Below are positions 15,900 to 25,076 of a stretch of DNA of 64,000 bases, in pieces; the first letter of the stretch is position 1; each line of letters begins with the position of its first letter. A model generated the notes under the pieces. It saw only the letters and a program-made list of their open reading frames with translations. It searched no databases and had not been told where the DNA came from. Both the position numbers and the translations under genes were made by a program. Source of the stretch: an uncultured Chloroflexia bacterium (lineage in GTDB: Bacteria > Chloroflexota > Dormibacteria > Aeolococcales > Aeolococcaceae); contig CAWCBS010000007.1 of the NCBI GenBank assembly GCA_963793875.1, positions 23,489 through 87,488 of the forward strand, in the 5' to 3' direction.

Positions 15900-17435
15900 C
15901 TACGCCCGGGCCGGCTCCTCCGCCTCCCGGCGCGACCCCACCAGCGCCAACCCTTCGGGTTCCCGAATGTCCTCGTAGGCGACCGTCCGCTGGGTGAAGA
16001 ACCCGTTCTTGTTGACGAGCGCCGCCACCACCGTCAGGGGGATGCCGAGGCCGAGGGTGATCAGCACCGGGATGGCGGCACCCACCCCTTGGACGATCAC
16101 CTGGTAGCCGATCCAGAAGAGGAAGGCACCCCCGATGAGGGGCAGGATCCCGATCAGGACGAGGTTCCGCACGCTCTTGAGCAGCACCTTCCGGAAGGCC
16201 CAGGCACAGGCGATGCCGGTCGCTCCGTAGTAGATCGCGACCAGGATGCCGATGTCCGAGATCATGTTGGCGAAGGTGCTGTTGATGTTCGCGTTCAGGG
16301 TGGTGAGCAGGATGCCCAGGCTGCAGAGCAGGAAGGTGATGATGGTCCCCACCCAGGGCGTCTGCCAGCTCTTGTGGATCAGCCCGAATATCCCGGGGAA
16401 GACCCCATCGCGGGCCATGGCGAAGCTGAGCCGGCTCGAGGGCAGCAGGGTGGTCTGGGTGGTGGCGAGGCTCGAGCTGAGGATGGCGATGGCCATCAGG
16501 AAGCTGATCGGGGCGGGCGCCAGCCGGGTGGCGAAGTACACCAGCGTGTTGGCTCCCTGGTTGTTGATCTGAGCCGCTCCGAGCAGCGACTGCATGGCGG
16601 TGGCCGCGATCAGGAACAGCGCCAGCAGGATCACCATGCTGATCATCCCGGCCCGTCCGGGGTTCTCACGGTTGTCGCTCCCCTCCTCGTTGAGGTTGGC
16701 GGCGGTGTCCCAGCCCCAGAAGAAGAAGACGCCCAGCACGGCTCCGCCGGCCAGCCCGGTGAAGCCCTGGAGCGAGAAGGGGTTGAACCACGACCAGGTC
16801 ACCCCGATCGAACCGGCCGGGTGGGAGGTCAGCACCTTGACGAAGGCGAGCACGGAGAAGAGGAGGACCACCAGGTACTCGATGGTGACCATCACCCACT
16901 GGGCGTTGGCGGTGATCCGGATCCCCCGAGCCACCATCCAGGTGACGAACGCGAGCAGGGCGAAACCGGCCAGCGCGATGAGCGCGCTGTTGGTGGCGGC
17001 TCCCGAGCTGATCCAACCGAACTGCCCGGGCCCGAGGAGCGCGAGCCCCACCGAGGCAGCGAAGAGCGGCGCCGAGATGCAGAAGATGACGTTGCAGGCT
17101 AGCTGGACCCAGCCCGTGAACCAGCCGATGTGGGGGTTGACGGTCCGCGCGATCCAGCTGTACGAGGCGCCGCAGTTGGGGTCCCGGCGGTTCAGGTAGC
17201 TGTACGCCATGGCGATGAAGAAGACCGGGAAGAAGCTCACCAAGATCGCCGCCGGGGCGGCGAGCCCCACCCCGGTGGCGGCCACCACCAGGAAGAGCGT
17301 GGTGCCGAGGCTGTAGGCGGGAGCCACGCTCGCGGTGGCGACCGCGGTGGTGTCGAGGAGGTTGAGCTCGCCAGCCTTGAGCCCCTGCGCCGGGGGCGGG
17401 AGCATGTCGGGAGCAGCCAGCATTATCTCCGCCAT
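15900..17435 (-). CDS. APC-family amino acid permease
   Basis: About 12 TM segments with typical APC blocks. I place the start at MAEIMLAAPD (17435), with GAGGAG about 8 nt upstream. Confidence 0.8.
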   Translation of the reverse strand: MAEIMLAAPDMLPPPAQGLKAGELNLLDTTAVATASVAPAYSLGTTLFLVVAATGVGLAAPAAILVSFFPVFFIAMAYSYLNRRDPNCGASYSWIARTVNPHIGWFTGWVQLACNVIFCISAPLFAASVGLALLGPGQFGWISSGAATNSALIALAGFALLAFVTWMVARGIRITANAQWVMVTIEYLVVLLFSVLAFVKVLTSHPAGSIGVTWSWFNPFSLQGFTGLAGGAVLGVFFFWGWDTAANLNEEGSDNRENPGRAGMISMVILLALFLIAATAMQSLLGAAQINNQGANTLVYFATRLAPAPISFLMAIAILSSSLATTQTTLLPSSRLSFAMARDGVFPGIFGLIHKSWQTPWVGTIITFLLCSLGILLTTLNANINSTFANMISDIGILVAIYYGATGIACAWAFRKVLLKSVRNLVLIGILPLIGGAFLFWIGYQVIVQGVGAAIPVLITLGLGIPLTVVAALVNKNGFFTQRTVAYEDIREPEGLALVGSRREAEEPARA

Positions 17436-17486
17436 GGGGGCTCTCCTCGCCGGAGCATAACTACTGCCTAAGAGCAGATTGAAAAA

Positions 17487-17515
17487 ACGGTAAAGGACCC
17501 GGGAGAGCGTGTCAA
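17487..17515 (-). promoter_or_regulatory. candidate sigma-70-type promoter for the permease
   Basis: The minus strand has TTGACA (17515-17510), a 17-nt spacer and TACCGT (17492-17487), about 50 nt upstream of the ATG. Confidence 0.4.
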
Positions 17516-17530
17516 GCCTGGCGTCCCAAC

Positions 17531-17559
17531 TTGACCCGGCCACCGGCCTCCACTACCCT
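17531..17559 (+). promoter_or_regulatory. candidate sigma-70-type promoter for the aminotransferase (divergent from the previous one)
   Basis: TTGACC (17531-17536), a 17-nt spacer and TACCCT (17554-17559). Confidence 0.4.
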
Positions 17560-17662
17560 TCGAGGTAATCCTGCAAGGGTTCGCCGGCCTTCGTGACCCT
17601 GGCGCCGCGCAACCCCTGCACCGGAGAGGGCGCCTGGGCCCGGCGCCTCGAGGGAGAACCCC

Positions 17663-19030
17663 ATGCTGACATCCGCGTCCGCGCCGCCGGCGGCCCGCAC
17701 CCGCGAGCTGATCGCACGGGAGAAGGCGTCGTTTCGCGCTCATCGCACCGTTTCGCTCGAGATGTGGCGCACCGCCACGGAGCACATCCCCGGCGGCGTG
17801 GCCAGCTCCTTCCAGGACAAGCCACCCCAGCCGGTGTTTATCGACCGGGGCCAGGGCAGCCGGGTCTGGGACGTGGACGGCAACGAGTACGTCGACTTCC
17901 ACAACGGCTTTGGGGTGATGCTGGTCGGCCACGCCCACCCCACCGTGGTCGCCGCGGTGGGGAGGCAGCTCGCGCGCGGCACCCATTTCGCCCAGCCGGT
18001 GGCCGAGGACGCGGTGGTCGCCGAGGAGCTGAGCCGCCGCTTCGGTCAGCCCCAGTGGCGCTTCACCAACAGCGGCACCGAGTCCACCCTGGATGCGGTG
18101 CGGATCGCCCGCGGCTTCACCGGGCGGGATCGCATCGTCAAGATCGAGGCCTCATATCACGGCCACCACGACGCCGTGCTGGTCTCCGTGGAGCCCCCCG
18201 CCGCCCGGATGGGACCAGTGGAGGCGCCGGTGTCGGTGCCGATGTGCGAGGGCATCCCGGATTCGACCGTGGAGCTCACCAGCGTGGTGCCCTTCAACGA
18301 CCTGGAGGCCCTGGGGCGCGTCTTCGCCCGCCACCCCGACGTCGCCGCGGTCATCCTCGAGCCGGTGATGATGAACATCGGCATCGTCTTCCCCGATCCC
18401 GACTACCTCACCGGGGTGGTGGAGCTGGCCCACCGGCATGGGGCGCTGGTCATCTTCGACGAGGTCAAGACCGGGGTGACCATCGCCCCGGGCGGGGCCA
18501 GCCAGCGCTTCGGCGTGGTCCCCGACCTGGTCTGCCTGGCCAAGGCCATCGGCGGTGGCCTTCCCTGCGGCGCGGTCGGCGGGCGGGCCGACGTGATGCG
18601 CACCATCAGCGACGGCCGGGTCGCCCAGCTGGGGACGTTCAACGGCAACCCGCTGACCATGGCGGCCTCGCGGGCGACCCTCTGCGAGGTGCTCACCCCC
18701 TCCGCCTACGCCCATTTCGACGCCCTCGCCGAGGAGCTCGGGGGGGAGCTCAACGCCGTGATCGACGAGCACCGCCTCCCCTACCACGTGGTCATCGCCG
18801 CCTCCCGCGGCTGCATCACGTACCGGAGCGAGCCGGTGCGCAGCTACCGCGACTACCTCGAGATTGACCCTTCGATGGCCTACCTCTCCTGGCTCTACCA
18901 GTCCAATCGGGGGGTCCTCATGGCCCCCGGGGCGGAGGAGAACTGGACGCTCTCGGTGCAGCACTCGGTGGAGGACGTGCGCCGGTACTCCGACAACTTC
19001 CGCGCCCTGGCCGAGGAGCTGACGGCCTGA
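17663..19030 (+). CDS. class-III aminotransferase (glutamate-1-semialdehyde aminomutase-like)
   Basis: ...FTNSGTESTLDAVRIARGFTGRD...FDEVKTG...LAKAIGGGLP... are family-typical blocks, including the PLP lysine context. Confidence 0.8.
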   Translation: MLTSASAPPAARTRELIAREKASFRAHRTVSLEMWRTATEHIPGGVASSFQDKPPQPVFIDRGQGSRVWDVDGNEYVDFHNGFGVMLVGHAHPTVVAAVGRQLARGTHFAQPVAEDAVVAEELSRRFGQPQWRFTNSGTESTLDAVRIARGFTGRDRIVKIEASYHGHHDAVLVSVEPPAARMGPVEAPVSVPMCEGIPDSTVELTSVVPFNDLEALGRVFARHPDVAAVILEPVMMNIGIVFPDPDYLTGVVELAHRHGALVIFDEVKTGVTIAPGGASQRFGVVPDLVCLAKAIGGGLPCGAVGGRADVMRTISDGRVAQLGTFNGNPLTMAASRATLCEVLTPSAYAHFDALAEELGGELNAVIDEHRLPYHVVIAASRGCITYRSEPVRSYRDYLEIDPSMAYLSWLYQSNRGVLMAPGAEENWTLSVQHSVEDVRRYSDNFRALAEELTA

Positions 19031-19428
19031 GACGGCCGGCCGTTCGCACCCCGAACGACTGATCCCATCACCCCCCAGAGCCGGTTGGCCCGCGGAGAGC
19101 AGCCGGCCGTCGTGCCGCCAATCGCTCTGCCGACATGAACCCTGGCCTCACCGATGTCTCATCGCTGGTGCTCGCCGATCACCTCGGCGTCATCGACGTC
19201 GCCAGCCTGGACGAGCGGTGCTTCCGCGCGGTGCGGCCTCTGACCCGCTCCCTTGCCTTCCGCCTCCTGCCCAGCGGTGGCTGGCCGAAGACCAGACCCG
19301 GAGGAGGCCGGGTCGGTCGATGCCATCGATTCCTGGGTCGCCGGAACGGTGGACCGGCTCAGGCGATCGCCATGGTTGGCCGGAACATCACGAAGACGTG
19401 GCTCCGGCCGGTAATCTCCACACCATCC

Positions 19429-20778
19429 TCATCCCCTGGCCGGTTGGCCAGCCGCCAGTACCTGAGCGCGCAGCGTCTTGAGCGCAGGGACGAAGATCTC
19501 CGCGAAGGTGGGGAACGGCTGGATGGTGTCCCTCAGGACCTCGAGGGGTACGTGCGCCCGGATCGCCAGGGTGGCCTGCTGCATCCACTCACCAGCCTCG
19601 GGACCGAGGGCGTACGCACCGACCAAGCGCTCACCGTCGCTCAGGAGTGTCAGGAAGCCATTGGCCTGGGCGTACGCCCGGGTGTAGGTGGCGGTCTTGG
19701 CCACGTCCGCGATCCGCGCCGTCGCACTGAAGGGGGCATCGGAAGCGCCCACTGAGGCGGCCTGCGGATCCGTGTAGACGACTGAGGGCACCGCCTCGTA
19801 GTTGGCCTGGCGGCTCTCGCCGGCGATGTTGGCGGCGACGACCTCACCCTGGTACTTGCCGATGTGGGTCAGCAAGCGCACCCCGGTCACATCACCGATC
19901 GCCCACAGGCCCTCGGCGGCGCGCAGGTGACTGTCCACCGGAATCCCGCGCGCATTCGCCGTGACCCCGACCGTCTCCAGGCCGAGCCCATCCACCCGGG
20001 GGCGCCGACCCGTCGCCACCAGCAGCTGGTCGCCGCGCACCTCGCGGCCGTCGTCGAGGGCGAGCACATAGTCGTCACCCTCCCGCCGTGCGGCGGCGGC
20101 GCGCACACCGAGGAGCAGCTCGACACCATCGTCCCCCAAGACCTTGCTGAGGGCATCACCCAGCGGTGCCGGCTCTCGTCCGAGCAGCCGCTGCCCAGCC
20201 TCGATCACGGCCACCTGGCCGCCGAGACGGCGCACGACCTGGGCCATCTCAACTCCCACCGGCCCGCCGCCGAGCACCAGCAGTCGCCGCGGGACTGCCC
20301 GCATGCCGGTGGCGTCGCGGTTCGTCCAGACGCCTTCCAGCTGAGCCAGACCTGGGATCGGCGGCATGATCGGGTCCGAACCCGTTGCGATGACCACGTG
20401 GCTCGCGGAGTGATGGACACCCTCCACCTCCACCTGCCCAGCTCCGGTGAGGCGTCCGGTGCCGCGCAGCAGGTCGATTCCCTTGCTCGCCAGCCATCGC
20501 TCCTGGCCGGCGTCTGAGTAGTTCGAAACCATGAAGTCTCGCCAGGCGAACACCGCGGCGGCGTCCAGCTCAGCGGCGGCTCCGGCCTCACGGGCTTCAT
20601 GGACAGCCTCGCCGGGGCGCAGCAGCGTCTTCGACGGGATGCACGCCCAGTACGAGCACTCCCCCCCCACCAGTTCGCGCTCGACGAGAGCGACCCGCAG
20701 CCCCAGATCCGCCAGCTCTCCGGCGCAGTGCTCACCCGGAGAGCCACCGCCCACGACGATGACGTCATAGCTGCTCAC
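19429..20778 (-). CDS. FAD-dependent pyridine nucleotide-disulfide oxidoreductase (LpdA-like)
   Basis: YDVIVVGGGSPGE dinucleotide fold and the redox-active GGECSYWACIPSK motif. I prefer the GTG start at 20778. Confidence 0.8.
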   Translation of the reverse strand: MSSYDVIVVGGGSPGEHCAGELADLGLRVALVERELVGGECSYWACIPSKTLLRPGEAVHEAREAGAAAELDAAAVFAWRDFMVSNYSDAGQERWLASKGIDLLRGTGRLTGAGQVEVEGVHHSASHVVIATGSDPIMPPIPGLAQLEGVWTNRDATGMRAVPRRLLVLGGGPVGVEMAQVVRRLGGQVAVIEAGQRLLGREPAPLGDALSKVLGDDGVELLLGVRAAAARREGDDYVLALDDGREVRGDQLLVATGRRPRVDGLGLETVGVTANARGIPVDSHLRAAEGLWAIGDVTGVRLLTHIGKYQGEVVAANIAGESRQANYEAVPSVVYTDPQAASVGASDAPFSATARIADVAKTATYTRAYAQANGFLTLLSDGERLVGAYALGPEAGEWMQQATLAIRAHVPLEVLRDTIQPFPTFAEIFVPALKTLRAQVLAAGQPARG

Positions 20779-21326
20779 GCGCTTCCTCCACTGCCACAGC
20801 AAGACCACTCCACCCGGGTTCGGCGACCCGGCATGCGACTGATGACTTCCTGAACGAACCCGGCATTGCGGTTCGGATCGCTGGACGACAGACACGAGCC
20901 GTGGCTCCCGGGATCGGCTGCTGGGCCCGGTGCCCGGGCCGTCGTCCGGGCGCGGTAAAGGACGCCTCCGGTGTCATGAAACCCCTCAGCCCACCTCGAC
21001 CGCCGCCCATCAGGTGCCGCCGGGCGCGGTCGATTGAGGGCGACCCTGAGCCGTCGCCGCGCGACACCGCTGCCCAAGATGATCGAGCATGCCGAACCGG
21101 GCGGCGCCAGCTGGACGACGCCAAATGCACCGCCGTGCCCGGTCTGCATCAGCCACGGGGACGCCCATCACCTCGAGCCTCCTCTCCACCGCCTACCGCC
21201 GCCCCGCCCCAGGCAGGCCCCGCCATCCCGCCTCACCGCAGTCGATCCTGGTGCGCAGATTAGCGCCTCGTCCTGGGGCGCACCAGCCGGGATCCGAGCC
21301 AGGCGGCAGTAGGATTCCTGCTACCG

Positions 21327-21743
21327 ATGAGGCTGGATGGGCAGGCCACGGAGCGTGACGCCAGGATCCGCGCCCGGCTGGAGGAGCACTGGAAAGCCTC
21401 CGACCGCGGGGAGACCGACACCGAGCACGCCATCTATGCCGCGGACGCGATCCTTGACTATCCGCAGTCAGGAGAGCGCTTCCGGGGCCGGTCAAAGATC
21501 GAGGCGCAGCGGGGCGGGCACCCGGCCGAACGCCGCTTCACCGTCCTGCGGATCCGGGGCAGCGGCGATCTCTGGGTGAGCGAGTGCGTGATCACCTACG
21601 ACAAGGTGCCCACCTACTCGGTGAGCGTCATGGAGTTCGCCGGCGATCTGGTGACCCACGAGAGCCAGTACTTCGCCGACCCCTTCGAGGCGCCCTCCTG
21701 GCGAGCGGCGTTGGCCGAGACGATCCCGGCCCCCGATCCATGA
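21327..21743 (+). CDS. NTF2/SnoaL-like family protein
   Basis: Size and pattern (...DAILDYPQSGERFRGRSKIEAQRG...LWVSECVITYD...) fit SnoaL-like polyketide cyclase-fold proteins. Confidence 0.6.
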   Translation: MRLDGQATERDARIRARLEEHWKASDRGETDTEHAIYAADAILDYPQSGERFRGRSKIEAQRGGHPAERRFTVLRIRGSGDLWVSECVITYDKVPTYSVSVMEFAGDLVTHESQYFADPFEAPSWRAALAETIPAPDP

Positions 21744-21880
21744 CCTCGCGCGGCCGCAGGGCGAGGGACCGCATCGCGCGTGCCCCTGCGCTCAAGGCCG
21801 GGAGGCGGGATCCCTCCCCCTCACCGGTCAGGGATTGCCGCCCCGCCCTGGTTCCATGGGTGAACCCGGCCGCGGGGGTG

Positions 21881-21932
21881 GGCGAACCAACCCGGATTCC
21901 CTTGCTACTCCCTGAGTGACGGACCCAACCAC
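21881..21932 (+). promoter_or_regulatory. conserved 52-bp block, copy 1 (candidate ECF-dependent promoter/leader)
   Basis: Ungapped alignment with 22701-22752 gives 40/50 identical positions. Perfect stretches are GGCGAACCAA and GGACCCAACC, plus ACTCCnTGAGTGA. Confidence 0.45.
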
Positions 21933-21945
21933 GAGCGAGGCGGCC

Positions 21946-22350
21946 ATGGCCAAGATCGAGATCACCCCCACCTCCCTGGTCGTCCACATCGAGGGCTTCG
22001 ACCGCTTTCTGGCGCTCATCTCCGGCCTCTCCGGCGGGGTCAAGGCCCGGCTGGAGGTTCCCCTGGCGCATGTCGCCGGGGTCGACACCTCGGTTCCCGA
22101 GGCCCGTCAGACCTGGAAGGGCTGGACCGTCGCCGCGCTGAGCGTGCCCCACTCGGTCACCGTCGGCCGCCTGATCCACGTCTTCGGGGAGCGCCGCGGC
22201 GAATGGTCCTTCTGGGACGTCACCGATCCCGACAAGGCGATCGCCATTCACCTCCACGACGAGCACTACGCCAGGCTCGTGATCGGGGTCGACGATCCGT
22301 CCGGGGTGGCGGCGGAGATCCACCAGGCCGTCGCGGCGGCGGCGCGGTAG
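21946..22350 (+). CDS. hypothetical protein (134 aa)
   Basis: Balanced composition (MAKIEITPTSLVVHIEGFDRFLALISG...). I moved the start downstream of the conserved DNA block. Confidence 0.5.
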   Translation: MAKIEITPTSLVVHIEGFDRFLALISGLSGGVKARLEVPLAHVAGVDTSVPEARQTWKGWTVAALSVPHSVTVGRLIHVFGERRGEWSFWDVTDPDKAIAIHLHDEHYARLVIGVDDPSGVAAEIHQAVAAAAR

Positions 22351-22358
22351 GCCGTCTC

Positions 22359-22547
22359 ATGGTGCGGCGTCGGACGCTCGGAGTGCCGGCCTTCACCACG
22401 GTCGTCGGAAGTGCGGCCCTGGTGGTGGCGATTCTCGAAGTGGTGCTCGTCCGCCTCGGGCTGGTGCCGGTGATCGACGTCGTCCTGGGCCTGATCGCCG
22501 CCTGGGTGGTGGTGACGCTCGTCGCCAGCTGGCTGACCCGCGGTTGA
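22359..22547 (+). CDS. small membrane protein (62 aa, two predicted TM helices)
   Basis: MVRRRTLGVPAFTTVVGSAALVVAILEVVLVRLGLVPVIDVVLGLIAAWVVVTLVASWLTRG. It starts 9 nt after the upstream stop. Confidence 0.45.
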   Translation: MVRRRTLGVPAFTTVVGSAALVVAILEVVLVRLGLVPVIDVVLGLIAAWVVVTLVASWLTRG

Positions 22548-22700
22548 TGCGCCACCACCCCGCCCGCGCCGCGCGGCCATCACCGCGTGGTGCGGGCATG
22601 CTCTACCCTCGGGGTGCTGGCGGCCGGGCTCCGCTGGGTCCCGAGGAGGCGTATGGCGCCGCTCTGGCGGGGTGCCATCCGGACCCTCGCTGCGGGGATC

Positions 22701-22752
22701 GGCGAACCAAACCGGCCTTCAGAGCCACTCCATGAGTGATGGACCCAACCTC
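22701..22752 (+). promoter_or_regulatory. conserved 52-bp block, copy 2, upstream of the ECF sigma gene
   Basis: See copy 1. The two copies fall in different reading frames relative to the downstream ORFs, so conservation is at the DNA level. Confidence 0.45.
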
Positions 22753-22785
22753 CCGCCGCGATCGTCGTTGAAGGTGGTGCCTCGG

Positions 22786-23385
22786 ATGACCACCAGCAAC
22801 GATCTGCCGATGGGGTTCTCCGCAAGCGCGGAAATCGAGGAGGACCCCGACCTCGCCCTGCTGCGCCGGATCGCGACCGGCGATCAGAGGGCGATCGAGG
22901 AGCTGTACGGCCGCCACAGCCGGCTCCTGCTCGGCCAGCTTCAGTTCATGGTCGGCCAACCGGCCCTCGCGGAGGAGATCCTCCAGGACACCATGCTCGC
23001 CGTCTGGAGGGGAGCGCGCACCTTCCGGGGCGGCTCGCGGGTGCGCACCTGGTTGCTCGGCATCGCGCGGCGGCAGGCCCGCGACCGGATGCGGCGGCAG
23101 CGGCCCGTGCCCCTGGCGGACTCCGAACTGGCCCAGCGGCCCAGCCCGAACCCCGGTCCCGAGGCGGTGGCCGTCGAGCGGGCCGAGGTTCGGCGGATGG
23201 TGGCCGCGCTCAGCACGCTGACATTTCCGCACCGGGAGGTCTTGGGCCTGGTCTTCGGAGCGGACCTCGGCCTCGCCGAGGTCGCTCGGATCCTGGAGGT
23301 CCCCCTGGGGACCGTCAAGAGCCGGCTTCACGCGGCGCGTGCCGCGCTCAGCCGGGCCATGAACGAGAAAGGTACGAACGAATGA
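22786..23385 (+). CDS. ECF-type RNA polymerase sigma factor
   Basis: Region 2 (...LLGIARRQARDRMRR) and region 4 (HREVLGLVFGADLGLAEVARILEVPLGTVKSRLHAARAAL). The start is uncertain (22732 or 22786). Confidence 0.8.
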   Translation: MTTSNDLPMGFSASAEIEEDPDLALLRRIATGDQRAIEELYGRHSRLLLGQLQFMVGQPALAEEILQDTMLAVWRGARTFRGGSRVRTWLLGIARRQARDRMRRQRPVPLADSELAQRPSPNPGPEAVAVERAEVRRMVAALSTLTFPHREVLGLVFGADLGLAEVARILEVPLGTVKSRLHAARAALSRAMNEKGTNE

Positions 23386-24461
23386 AGACCGAGACACGTC
23401 ATCTCACCATCGAACAGCTCCTCTCCGTCGCGGGCGGCCAGGACCTGGACGGGGAGGCGGCTGCCCATCTGGGGGCCTGCACGGCGTGCAGCGTTGAGGT
23501 GGCTCAATGGACGGCGATCGCGGGCGGTGTCCGCCAGGTCACGGCCGGGGTCGAGCCGCCTCCGTGGTCGCCGCAGCCATCTCTGCTGGAAGCCCAGAAG
23601 GGACCAGGCTGGGGGGAGCGGCTTCGGGATGCGGTGCGCGCATCGATCGGGCCGCGGCGCCGGCTGATCGCCGCGTTCACCGCCACCGCCCTGGTCGCCG
23701 CCGCCGCCGTCTCGTATGGCGTGGTCGTCCTGAGCGGAGCCGGCCGCACGCCGGGCCCGACGGTCTCCCCGGGCTCGAGCGGCAGCGCGCGACTCGTGGT
23801 GCTGGACAGCGTGCAGGCGACGACGGCCCAGTCCTACGACGCCACCTTCAGCTTCAGCGAGACCACCAGCTATGGCCCCTACGGCCAGACGCCGACCACC
23901 GTCACCCTGCCCCTTCAGATCCAGGCCGAGAGCTCAACGCGGGAGCAGACGACCGTCATCGGGACCGTGGCCGGGACGCCGGTCGACGTGGTGACGATCA
24001 CCTACGACGGCACCGCTTACCAGTCCACCGACGGCGGCGGCACTTTCCGGACCGAGCCCCTCTCCGCAGCCAATCAGTACGGCATCCAGAACGAGCTGCA
24101 ACTGCTGCAGTCGGTGGGGACCGTGAGCGACCAGGGATCGGGGACGGCTGACGGCGTGGCCGTGGAGAGGTATCACGCCCTGATCGACCCGGCCAAGATC
24201 CAGAAGGAGCTGATCTCGCTCCTCCCGGACGTCAGCGGGCAGGCTCGGAACGTCCTCAGCGCGGTGACCATCACCGCCGCGACCGTGGACGTGACCATCG
24301 ACGGCTCGGGCCGCATCGTCACCCTGAATTCCGACCTGACCGCCTCCGTCAACGGGTCGGCGCTCGGTATCTCCGGGAACCCCACCGTTCACGAGACCTG
24401 GTCGGGGCAGTTCTTCAACTACGGCGCCAACATCGTGGTGCAGCCTCCCCCCACCAGCTGA
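23382..24461 (+). CDS. anti-sigma factor (zf-HC2) with one TM helix and a large extracytoplasmic domain
   Basis: ATGA overlap with the sigma gene. It has H-x6-C-x2-C (AAHLGACTAC) and the TM segment LIAAFTATALVAAAAVSYGVVVL. Confidence 0.75.
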   Translation: MKTETRHLTIEQLLSVAGGQDLDGEAAAHLGACTACSVEVAQWTAIAGGVRQVTAGVEPPPWSPQPSLLEAQKGPGWGERLRDAVRASIGPRRRLIAAFTATALVAAAAVSYGVVVLSGAGRTPGPTVSPGSSGSARLVVLDSVQATTAQSYDATFSFSETTSYGPYGQTPTTVTLPLQIQAESSTREQTTVIGTVAGTPVDVVTITYDGTAYQSTDGGGTFRTEPLSAANQYGIQNELQLLQSVGTVSDQGSGTADGVAVERYHALIDPAKIQKELISLLPDVSGQARNVLSAVTITAATVDVTIDGSGRIVTLNSDLTASVNGSALGISGNPTVHETWSGQFFNYGANIVVQPPPTS

Positions 24462-24602
24462 GCCTCCAACCGGCTCACGCAGGCCGGGCCGGGCCCGGCC
24501 TGCGGAGCTGAGCCCGGGCCTCGATGGCGGCCAGGCGACCCCGACCGGACCGGGGCGCAGCTCGACGGATGGCCGGCCGCCGCCCCGGGGTGGATGGCCG
24601 GC

Positions 24603-24965
24603 TCACTGGCGGTTCATGGACACCATGGTCTGCGCACAGCCAGCGCAGACGGCCAGGCCGGCTCTCACGGCCAGGGCGGTACAGGGAACGAAGGGTGGTC
24701 CCTGCTCCGGCGCATCGCTCCTGCCGCAGAAGGCGCAGGTCACGGTTCCCAGATCGGCTCGAGAGAAGGCGGAGGCACCCGCCGCGATGGGAGTGGCAGC
24801 GTCGGGACTGGCCAGGAGCGCAGCCGCCTCCTCGACGCAGTCGGCGCAGATGACGAGCCTCTCCCGTGGCCCCTCGGGTCCAGCCCCCTGGCCGGTGATC
24901 AGCCTCGCTCTCCCTCCGCAGAAGGTGCACGTCTCGCGGCGAACCGGCTCCGGCACGACGTGCAT
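24603..24965 (-). CDS. protein with two ClpX-type C4 zinc-ribbon motifs (120 aa)
   Basis: CTFCGG...VICADC and CAFCGRS...AVCAGC. Each is CxxC...CxxC in a ClpX N-terminal-like context. Confidence 0.6.
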   Translation of the reverse strand: MHVVPEPVRRETCTFCGGRARLITGQGAGPEGPRERLVICADCVEEAAALLASPDAATPIAAGASAFSRADLGTVTCAFCGRSDAPEQGPPFVPCTALAVRAGLAVCAGCAQTMVSMNRQ

Positions 24966-25076
24966 TCTGGAGGGTGAGCGGTCCGCGCTTCAGAGGCTCA
25001 GGCGAACAGCGGCCGGACTCGACGCCGTCCCCGAGCGGGCCTCCTCAAACTAGCGCACGGCGGCCGCCCGGGAGGC

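Noticed and set aside
19135-19755. A 206-aa plus-strand ORF downstream of the aminotransferase.
   Set aside because: It overlaps the 3' end of the well-supported oxidoreductase gene on the opposite strand, and its composition is Arg/Gly/Pro-rich.
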